From a bacterium (GTDB lineage: Bacteria; Patescibacteriota; Andersenbacteria; UBA10190), in the NCBI GenBank assembly GCA_043811915.1, contig JBDRMS010000005.1, positions 41,300-105,299 of the forward strand: a stretch of DNA of 64,000 nucleotides. Direction: 5' to 3'. The notes below the pieces were generated by a model that saw nothing but the letters and a program-made list of their open reading frames with translations, had not been told where the DNA came from and made no database searches. Below are positions 57,086-64,000 of the stretch, piece after piece (the stretch's first letter is position 1; the number at the start of each line of letters is the position of its first letter). The translations under genes and the position numbers were made by a program.

Positions 57086-59008
57086 ATGCTTTCATCCATA
57101 TCCATAATAATACCCACTTACAACCGAGCTAATTACCTGAAAACACTAATTAACCAGCTTCTAACCCAATCACAGCCTCCTCATGAAATCATCATCGTCG
57201 ACGACCATTCAACGGATAACACAGTTAATTATCTAAAAAACCTCACTCGGCAATCTCCGCGCGTTAAATACATACTCAACCAGGGCCATCATCAAAGAGA
57301 CGCAAAAAAGACCGGGCTAAAATATGCCACCGGAGAATATATTGGCTTTTTCGACGACGATGCCGAAATCGAAGACAACGACTTTCTAGCCAGGCTTATC
57401 CCCCATCTCAACCCCGGACGCGTCATTCAAGCCAAAGTTATTCTCGAACAAATGGGCCGGGTAAATCGCCCCGACATAACCTGGAAAGATATTCTAGCCA
57501 CCCGTCCTTTCCCCATCCTGGAACTTGTCACCTCAAACTTTAACTGCGGCACAAAACGCCGAACTATTTTTCCTCTAATCGAATGGGGTAACTTCTGGCA
57601 TCACTCTCTCAAAGACTACTTTATTGACGACAACCTCATCAAAGACGGCTACGGCGAAAGCTACAGTGCATCCCTCAAGCTATACCGCGCCGGCGTCAAG
57701 CTCTTAATTGAACCCTCGCTCGTTATTCGTCATATTGGCGCTCCCACCGGCGGCTCACACAAATTCAACAAAAAAAACATGCTGCGCGATTTCACTAAAT
57801 TTCACTACGGCTACTTCTACAACATGATTTATCTGCATCGCCGCTTTTTTTCCCGCTGGGTTTGGCTGTGGTTGCCATTTTTCGTCCTCAAATCTCTCAT
57901 CGCTCTGACTATAAACTGGAACTTAAAAGGGTGGTATGAATATGCATATAAACCAATCGCGGCGGCCGGGAAAACCCCGGAGGTCGCCATACCCAAGCTG
58001 TTTGTCTGGCAAGGCGCCTTCCGTGGCGGCGCCGAATACATCACTTTATCTGCCGCCAAACACTTCTCTCGACAAGGCCTCGACGTCACCCTTGGCGTCT
58101 ACAAGAAAAATCCTTCAATGCCAATCAAACAAATAGTTTTCCCAGAATATAAACTAATCCCCCAGTCTTTTCGTTCTTTTATTAACTCACTTAATTTCCG
58201 CCTCCGCTACGCCAAAAACTTCTCCGCCGTCTATGCCCACACTTTGGGCGCCTGGAAAACCAAAAACAATAAAGTTTTCATCCACGACGCCGCCGACCTG
58301 GACGATAAGCTATCCCAAACTGTCAGCTTCTGGCAAAAACTAGCTTATCGCCTCTGGCGTTTTCTTTATTTTCACCTCTCCCTCAAACCTGCCACCGCTA
58401 TCTTCTCCGCCACACCCGAATTCTCCTCTTATCTGCGCCGCCACGGCCTTGGTTCCAAACACATTGCCCCCAGTGGTTCTTTCTACAACGATCGCATCCA
58501 CCGTTACATCAAACGTACTCTGCCCATCAGACCAATAAAGCTTATCTTTATTGGCGATTACCATTCTCCTGCTAAAAATTTTTCACTAGTCAAAAAAATA
58601 TTCTATAAAAATAATGATTACTTTGTCACTATCACCGGCGGCAACCAGCCATATTGCGATGCCAACTTCAACTACCCGGGCTGGCTTAGTCCAGAAGAGC
58701 TTCAAGCTGCCTTAGCTAAATCGCACATTTTTTTTATGCCCTCCACGTCCGAAGGCTTTTCCATCGCTTTACTCGAAGCCCTGGCCACTGGTATTCCCTG
58801 CCTCGTCAACCAAAGCGTCATTCCTTCACCTCTAAAAACTGTCAGTAATATAGTCCCATATCAATCAGTCAGTGAAGTTCTGCCCAAAATCAATACCACT
58901 ATAAATAATTATTCCCACTACAACATCTTTGACCCTCGTCTCAAACAATTTGCAGAAGAAACCGTCCTCCGAAAAGAATGCAATATAATTAAAAGATACG
59001 TCGTCTAA
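57086..59008 (+). CDS. bifunctional glycosyltransferase (N-terminal GT2 fused to C-terminal GT4-like domain)
   Basis: N-terminus ISIIIPTYNRANYL ... IIIVDDHSTDNT ... FFDDDAE. C-terminus FMPSTSEGFSIALLEALATGIPCLVN (E-x7-E). Length 640 aa. Confidence 0.7.
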   Translation: MLSSISIIIPTYNRANYLKTLINQLLTQSQPPHEIIIVDDHSTDNTVNYLKNLTRQSPRVKYILNQGHHQRDAKKTGLKYATGEYIGFFDDDAEIEDNDFLARLIPHLNPGRVIQAKVILEQMGRVNRPDITWKDILATRPFPILELVTSNFNCGTKRRTIFPLIEWGNFWHHSLKDYFIDDNLIKDGYGESYSASLKLYRAGVKLLIEPSLVIRHIGAPTGGSHKFNKKNMLRDFTKFHYGYFYNMIYLHRRFFSRWVWLWLPFFVLKSLIALTINWNLKGWYEYAYKPIAAAGKTPEVAIPKLFVWQGAFRGGAEYITLSAAKHFSRQGLDVTLGVYKKNPSMPIKQIVFPEYKLIPQSFRSFINSLNFRLRYAKNFSAVYAHTLGAWKTKNNKVFIHDAADLDDKLSQTVSFWQKLAYRLWRFLYFHLSLKPATAIFSATPEFSSYLRRHGLGSKHIAPSGSFYNDRIHRYIKRTLPIRPIKLIFIGDYHSPAKNFSLVKKIFYKNNDYFVTITGGNQPYCDANFNYPGWLSPEELQAALAKSHIFFMPSTSEGFSIALLEALATGIPCLVNQSVIPSPLKTVSNIVPYQSVSEVLPKINTTINNYSHYNIFDPRLKQFAEETVLRKECNIIKRYVV

Positions 59009-59010
59009 CA

Positions 59011-59039
59011 GCTATTCAAACCTCCGAGGTTTGAATAGC
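59011..59039. repeat. REP-related palindrome GCTATTCAAACCTCCGAGGTTTGAATAGC between convergent stop codons
   Basis: Perfect 14-nt arms. It shares the ATTCAAAC...GTTTGAAT arms with the RAYT-flanking REPs and sits 2 nt after one stop codon and 4 nt before the other. Confidence 0.65.
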
Positions 59040-59043
59040 TCTG

Positions 59044-59850
59044 TTAGCGCCGGTGCCAGGCGCTCAGGTGATAGAACGTTGTTTTGGGCAATAAGTTAAC
59101 TAATAACTCCCTTAAATAAACCGGCAAGTTAAACCAAAAACCAGGATATTTATTGCGATATTGATAAGCAATTTTTAAAAAAGACAAAAACTGCCGCATG
59201 TTTTTTTTCGAAGTCACGCCACGCGGGTTTACTCTCTGTTGTATATAGACATCCGGCAAGTTTGCCAGCTGATATTTCAAACCAATTCGCAGCCACAATT
59301 CAAAATCCTGGGCATAGCAATATTGCTCATCATACAATCCCACTCTATCCAATGCCGATTTGCGGATTAATACACTGGAGTGAGGAAATTGATTACGTTC
59401 CATCATGTGCCGCCTGATTGTTTTATTTTCAGTCTCATAATACAACCGGTACAGTTCCCTGCCATCAGCATCTATCACAATATTCTGCACGCCACACACT
59501 CCGATATTGTCATTCTCCTGCATATATAGCACTTGTTTTACCAGCTTGTCTTTATCTACCCACACGTCATCGTCATCAATCCGCGCAATATATTCACCAC
59601 GCGCTAATCTAATACCGCGATTAAGAGATTTTGTTAGCCCTAATCTCCTCTCATTGCGTACAATTCGGATTCGTTGATCACTAAAGCCGGCAACAATATC
59701 CACCGCCTTGTCAGTCGAAGCATCATCAACAACGATCAACTCAAAATTTCCGTAAGTTTGTTTTAGAACGCTGCTTACCGCCTCACTAACAAATCGCGAC
59801 CCGTTGCGGGTCGCCATAACAACCGAAACTAGAGGTTCTCCTTGTACCAT
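59044..59850 (-). CDS. GT2 glycosyltransferase
   Basis: VSVVMATRNGSRFV ... LIVVDDASTDK ... ARIDDDDVW. Confidence 0.8.
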   Translation of the reverse strand: MVQGEPLVSVVMATRNGSRFVSEAVSSVLKQTYGNFELIVVDDASTDKAVDIVAGFSDQRIRIVRNERRLGLTKSLNRGIRLARGEYIARIDDDDVWVDKDKLVKQVLYMQENDNIGVCGVQNIVIDADGRELYRLYYETENKTIRRHMMERNQFPHSSVLIRKSALDRVGLYDEQYCYAQDFELWLRIGLKYQLANLPDVYIQQRVNPRGVTSKKNMRQFLSFLKIAYQYRNKYPGFWFNLPVYLRELLVNLLPKTTFYHLSAWHRR

Positions 59851-60767
59851 TCAATAGACTTCTTAAGCCCTTCCGCAAATGAAACATCCGGCTTGTAATC
59901 GAAGTCTCGCTCGGCCTTACTGATGTCAGCGTATGTCTTTAGCACATCACCGGCTCGTTTGCCAGTCCGGTTCGGCTTTATCGAAACGCCTAGTAGTTTT
60001 TGCAGCAAACCATACAAATCGTTAATCGAAATATTCTCGCCATTGCCCACATTGTAAGCCTCTCCCAACTTAACCCGCTCGCCTCGTGCCGCTTTCAAAT
60101 TCGCCTGCACCACATTGTCCACATAAGTAAAGTCCCGGCTCTGCCTGCCATGCCAGTGAATGTCTGGCGCTTCGCCATTCCGCAAGGCTTTCACATAAAT
60201 CGGAATCACCGCCGAATACTTCGACTCCGGACTTTGGTACGGTCCAAACACATTGAAGTAACGCAAGGACACCGTCTCTAGTCCATACAAATCGTAAAAA
60301 AGTCTGCCATAATGCTCCCCGGCCATTTTACACAAAGCATAGGGAGACTCTGGATGCAAAGGCATAGGCTCAACTTGCCGCGGTTCTTTTATGTTGCCGT
60401 ACACCGAGGAGGAAGAAGCCGACACCACCCGCTTCACCCCACTATCTCTGGCCGCCAGCAAAACATTCAAAGTGCCGGTTATGTTATTATCATTCGTCGC
60501 CCGCGGATCATCCACCGACCGCTCCACCGCTCTTAACGCCGCCTGGTGCAGCACATAATCCACTCCGCGGCACGCCCTTTTCACCACATCCAACTTCCTA
60601 ATATCACCTCTGATAAACTTTATATCTTCTCTAATATCCTTTAAGTTCTTGATACTGCCCGTCGATAAATTATCCAACACCGCCACATCCTGCCTCCGCC
60701 GCACCAGCTCTCTGGCTATATTACAGCCGATAAATCCCGCCCCGCCTGTAATTAAATACTTTGCCAT
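59829..60767 (-). CDS. NAD-dependent UDP-sugar 4-epimerase (WbpP/Gne-like)
   Basis: YLITGGAGFIGCNIAREL, YALCKMAGEHY (Y-x-x-x-K), and RYFNVFGPYQ. Confidence 0.85.
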   Translation of the reverse strand: MAKYLITGGAGFIGCNIARELVRRRQDVAVLDNLSTGSIKNLKDIREDIKFIRGDIRKLDVVKRACRGVDYVLHQAALRAVERSVDDPRATNDNNITGTLNVLLAARDSGVKRVVSASSSSVYGNIKEPRQVEPMPLHPESPYALCKMAGEHYGRLFYDLYGLETVSLRYFNVFGPYQSPESKYSAVIPIYVKALRNGEAPDIHWHGRQSRDFTYVDNVVQANLKAARGERVKLGEAYNVGNGENISINDLYGLLQKLLGVSIKPNRTGKRAGDVLKTYADISKAERDFDYKPDVSFAEGLKKSIEWYKENL

Positions 60768-60816
60768 AGGTACTGCCTCATACTACGGTTAACACATACA
60801 AAGTCAACTATCTACC

Positions 60817-61788
60817 ATGAAGATACTAATTCCTTATTGTTCAGGCAACGCTGGCGGCCCCACGGTATTTGTTACCGCTCTAACCCAGCACCTGCAAAAT
60901 CAGGGATACAAAGTCATCAGTCACTTCTCACCTTCATTTGACGTCTTACTCGTCATCGCCGAATGTCCGCTTTTGCCGGTCCTCTGCGCCAAACTTCTTC
61001 GCAAACGCATAGTACAAAGGTTGGATGGCGTTTACCACGCCGCCTTACCCGGTGCAACCAAATATCTTTATCCACTTAAAAACCTGCGCATGCAAATAAT
61101 TCACAATTTCCTGGCCGACCACGTTATCTATCAAAGCCGGTTTTCCAAATACTCATGTCAAACCATGCTAGGCAAACGCACTAAAAACACGTCGATAATC
61201 TACAACGGTGTAGCGGCCGGGAAAACCCTTGGCTTTGACAGAAAAAAGCCAAGGGTTGAGGAGGCCGCCGCGAATCTAGTAACCTATGCCTCTTTCCGCC
61301 GCCCCGACCAAATCGAGCCAATTCTAGAATCAGTCAAATGTCTCACTACCCCCTATCATCTCCATATTTACGGCCCCCACACTAAAAACCTGGTCAACAT
61401 CTTCAACTCACTCAAAAATAATCCCCATATCACTTATTATGGAGCCCAAAATCACAGCAAGCTATTATCTCTCATACCACAGCATGATATTTTCCTGTTC
61501 TCCGACCAGTCCGCCTGCCCCAACGCTGTCCTGGAAGCTTTAGCTGCCGGCCTACCCGTGGTAGCTTTCAACCGCGGCAGTATACCCGAACTTATCCAGC
61601 CCGGCGCAAGCGGTGAAATAATCAACTATCCATTTACCTCACAAAACTATACCCAATTTGCCCAAGCTATTCAGAAAACATTCAGCAATCTATCTGACTA
61701 TCAGACCGCGGCCCGGCAACGCGCCCGGATTAACTATGACGTAACCAACACATGTTTGAAGTATGAAAAGATATTACGACAAAAATAA
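60817..61788 (+). CDS. GT4-like (GT-B) glycosyltransferase
   Basis: C-terminus FLFSDQSACPNAVLEALAAGLPVVAFNRGSIPELI. Confidence 0.6.
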   Translation: MKILIPYCSGNAGGPTVFVTALTQHLQNQGYKVISHFSPSFDVLLVIAECPLLPVLCAKLLRKRIVQRLDGVYHAALPGATKYLYPLKNLRMQIIHNFLADHVIYQSRFSKYSCQTMLGKRTKNTSIIYNGVAAGKTLGFDRKKPRVEEAAANLVTYASFRRPDQIEPILESVKCLTTPYHLHIYGPHTKNLVNIFNSLKNNPHITYYGAQNHSKLLSLIPQHDIFLFSDQSACPNAVLEALAAGLPVVAFNRGSIPELIQPGASGEIINYPFTSQNYTQFAQAIQKTFSNLSDYQTAARQRARINYDVTNTCLKYEKILRQK

Positions 61789-62569
61789 ACAGCGGTTAGT
61801 ATTTATACGAGAGCATGCTACCCCCTCTTTCTGGGACAAGCACTGGTCCGCACCCAACCTAAAAGCTCACATCGAACAAGCCGGCCAGGAAAAGTTTTTT
61901 ACCGGGATAACAAAACGCTTTTTAGAACCTAAAGAATCAACCAGAATTCTTGAAGGCGGTTGTGGCCAGGGACACATTGTCTACGCCCTCGCCCATGCCG
62001 GCTATGACGCCTATGGCGTAGACTACGCCAAACAAACCGTCGATAGGATTAACCAGGCCATTCCCGAACTGCAAATTTTTCCCGGCGACGTAACACAACT
62101 AGACTTTCCCGATAATTATTTTGATGGCTACTGGTCGCTCGGTGTTATCGAGCATAACTTCACCGGCTACGATTCTATTATCAACGAAATGCAGCGCGTC
62201 ATCAGACCAGGCGGCTACTTATTTATAACCTTCCCGCACTTGTCCTGGCTACGTAAAACAAAAGCACTACTAGGTGCTTATCCGGCCCCCAACAACACCG
62301 ACCAAGAACCAAACAACTTCTATCAATTCGCTTTTAACTACCATGATGTTCAGCGCAATCTAGAACAACTCGGCTTTATTATAAAACTTCACCGGCCAAT
62401 CGATGGGCTAACAGGACTGCGTGGCGAAATTTCTATCCTTCGACCACTCTTACAAACAATCAGCCGTGGAACTTCCTTTCCTCTCCGTCATCTTAAGGCC
62501 GCCATCACCGAACTAGCCGCCCCTGTCAGCGGCCATATTATGCTACAAGTACTGCAAAAGAAGTCATGA
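61763..62569 (+). CDS. class I SAM-dependent methyltransferase
   Basis: Motif I is ILEGGCGQGHIVYALAHAGYDAYGVD. Confidence 0.7.
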   Translation: MKRYYDKNKQRLVFIREHATPSFWDKHWSAPNLKAHIEQAGQEKFFTGITKRFLEPKESTRILEGGCGQGHIVYALAHAGYDAYGVDYAKQTVDRINQAIPELQIFPGDVTQLDFPDNYFDGYWSLGVIEHNFTGYDSIINEMQRVIRPGGYLFITFPHLSWLRKTKALLGAYPAPNNTDQEPNNFYQFAFNYHDVQRNLEQLGFIIKLHRPIDGLTGLRGEISILRPLLQTISRGTSFPLRHLKAAITELAAPVSGHIMLQVLQKKS

Positions 62570-63240
62570 GAAAATATATCCTCATTACTCTCCTGCGCCT
62601 GGACAATTTCCTGCGCCGCTGGATTACCTATTTCTCTCTCGAACAGGGCGTACATCCCAAGCATCGTCTTACTCAATATCATCAGTTCTTCCTCGATAAC
62701 ATTTTCCCCACGGACTCCGTCCTCGACGTCGGCTGCGGCCTGGGCCTACTGGCCTGCGACATCGCCGCCAAAGCTAAACACGTAACCGGCATCGACCTCA
62801 ACAAAGATTATCTCTCCCAGGCCCATCGCCTCCAAAACATCGACTTTATCCACGGCGATGCCACGACTTTCGATTTCAAGAAAAACTTCGATGTGCTAAT
62901 TCTAAGCAACACACTTGAGCATATAAAAAACAGAGTCGACTTTCTAAAAAAACTTACTCCTCACGCAAAAAAATTTCTTGTCCGCGTCCCCATGATCAAT
63001 CGCGACTGGCTTGTCCTGCTTAAAAAAGAACTCGGCGTGGAGTATCGCCTGGACCCCACTCATTACATTGAATACACCGAGGAAATTTTCCGTCGGGAGC
63101 TTGCCGCCGCCGGCCTGGAAATAACTAAACTATCCGTCCGCTTCGGCGAAATCTATTGCTGTGCCCAGCCTAATACTGTTTTTCACAGTACCTCTCATCC
63201 ACTTGCTCTTCCTCACTATCCCACCAAATCCAATAACTAG
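62566..63240 (+). CDS. class I SAM-dependent methyltransferase
   Basis: Motif I is VLDVGCGLGLLACDIAAKAKHVTGIDL. It is coupled by 4 nt to the previous methyltransferase. Confidence 0.7.
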   Translation: MRKYILITLLRLDNFLRRWITYFSLEQGVHPKHRLTQYHQFFLDNIFPTDSVLDVGCGLGLLACDIAAKAKHVTGIDLNKDYLSQAHRLQNIDFIHGDATTFDFKKNFDVLILSNTLEHIKNRVDFLKKLTPHAKKFLVRVPMINRDWLVLLKKELGVEYRLDPTHYIEYTEEIFRRELAAAGLEITKLSVRFGEIYCCAQPNTVFHSTSHPLALPHYPTKSNN

Positions 63241-63583
63241 GACACGCCTTATCTATCTCTAACTCCAAAAACCTGGTACCCAAAAGCCTTGCCCCGAGGC
63301 CAAGCGGCGTCAATAAGCCATAAAAAACAACAGTCAAAATAAGTCTTGTCATCACCCAGCCAAGCGCCGCTGCCATCAACATCCACACGCGATAAAAACC
63401 AGCCAGCGCCTCCGGCTTAGCCTGCGCCAACAACAAAACGGCAACTCCCGATGCCCCTGCCAAAACAAAATATCTTTGTCCGCTCGTATAAAATCGCCAC
63501 CCTCCCCACACCAACAGCAAACACCCAACCAAGTACCCAAACCGACGCACGGGCATCAATCCAACGGGTATTCTTCTTTCCAT
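63170..63583 (-). CDS. small membrane protein, SxtJ-like partner of the carbamoyltransferase
   Basis: 137 aa with 3-4 TM helices, immediately downstream of and overlapping the carbamoyltransferase gene. Confidence 0.4.
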   Translation of the reverse strand: MERRIPVGLMPVRRFGYLVGCLLLVWGGWRFYTSGQRYFVLAGASGVAVLLLAQAKPEALAGFYRVWMLMAAALGWVMTRLILTVVFYGLLTPLGLGARLLGTRFLELEIDKACPSYWIWWDSEEEQVDERYCEKQY

Positions 63584-64000
63584 ACCTCATCCTTCAAAGA
63601 GGGACCCTGTTCACCCTTATCCAATAAATAATTTCCCATCACCAGATAATCCATGTCGGTGCGCATAAAGCATCGATATGCATCGTCCGGCGTACACACT
63701 ATAGGCTCCCCCCTCACATTAAAAGACGTATTTATAATCACCGGACAACCAAACCTCTCCCCAAATTTTTTTATCAAACTATGAAAGAGAGGATTAGTGT
63801 CAATTCCAACGCTCTGCACCCGGGCTGAATAATCCACATGCGTAACCGCCGGAATATCGGAACGCTTAACCCTCAATCTGTCTATACCCCGCCTTTGCCC
63901 GGCCCCGGGACTCAACACCCTGTGTTCATTTTTTACCATAGCCGTCAAAAGCATATATGGGCTGGGCCGATCTATCGTAAAATATTCTGCCGCCTCCTCC
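63556..64000 (-). CDS. NodU/CmcH-family O-carbamoyltransferase, C-terminal part only (5' end beyond window)
   Basis: SPYMLLTA ... IPAVTHVDYSARVQSV ... CPVIINTSFNVRGEPIVCTPDDAYRCF is the conserved carbamoyltransferase C-terminal domain. The open frame continues to the window edge with no stop. Confidence 0.75.
   Translation of the reverse strand, partial: EEAAEYFTIDRPSPYMLLTAMVKNEHRVLSPGAGQRRGIDRLRVKRSDIPAVTHVDYSARVQSVGIDTNPLFHSLIKKFGERFGCPVIINTSFNVRGEPIVCTPDDAYRCFMRTDMDYLVMGNYLLDKGEQGPSLKDEVWKEEYPLD

Noticed and set aside
1-64000. Alternative genetic code (TGA or TAG recoding), prompted by in-frame stops in two ORFs
   Set aside because: Dozens of full-length conserved genes (xseB, xseA, GT4s, asnB and others) terminate cleanly at TGA, TAA or TAG and have normal lengths. 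The interrupted ORFs are better explained as pseudogenes.
1-64000. CRISPR arrays, rRNA or tRNA genes
   Set aside because: No regularly spaced direct repeats were seen. No convincing cloverleaf (GTTCGAATC-type T-arm with an acceptor stem) was found by eye. A GGCTTTGAATCCGG segment near 37960 lacks the rest of a tRNA structure.

Overview
This 64 kb window has a compact bacterial gene layout, about 50% GC, and uses the standard genetic code; TGA, TAA and TAG all serve as stops for confident genes. It splits into two regions.

(1) Positions 1-10.8 kb hold housekeeping and accessory genes. These are two hypothetical membrane proteins, a MurJ-like flippase, the xseA-xseB exonuclease VII operon, and a small islet. 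The islet contains an orphan type I restriction-modification HsdM methyltransferase, two unknown proteins tightly linked to it, a free-standing 62-aa NUMOD3 DNA-binding protein, a RelE/ParE-Phd/YefM toxin-antitoxin pair and RadC.

(2) Positions 10.8 kb to past the right edge hold a glycan assembly and sugar-tailoring supercluster of more than 53 kb. It contains:
- roughly 10 GT4-like, 6 GT2 and 2 GT9 (heptosyltransferase) glycosyltransferases, plus one GT2-GT4 fusion;
- three 'polyprenyl-phosphate-sugar synthase (GtrB/CsbB-like GT2) + DUF2304 + large polytopic GT-C/YfhO-like membrane transferase' modules;
- a Wzx-type flippase;
- an HldE-like heptose kinase/nucleotidyltransferase with inverted domain order;
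- AsnB, seven SAM methyltransferases, five SDR/epimerase enzymes and a medium-chain dehydrogenase;
- an acetolactate-synthase-like ThDP enzyme and a split E1alpha/E1beta ThDP pair;
- two ATP-grasp ligases flanking a polysaccharide deacetylase;
- an inositol-monophosphatase-like and a metallophosphoesterase-like enzyme;
- a truncated NodU/CmcH-type carbamoyltransferase with an SxtJ-like membrane partner.

Inserted exactly between a GT4 gene and asnB is a RAYT (REP-associated tyrosine transposase) flanked by two identical 23-nt REP-like palindromes, ATTCAAACACCAGGTGTTTGAAT. One palindrome supplies the last codons and the stop of the GT4 gene. A third, related palindrome sits between two convergent stop codons at about 59.0 kb.

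I found no rRNA, tRNA or CRISPR array by eye. All functional calls rest on remembered family motifs, not on database searches.
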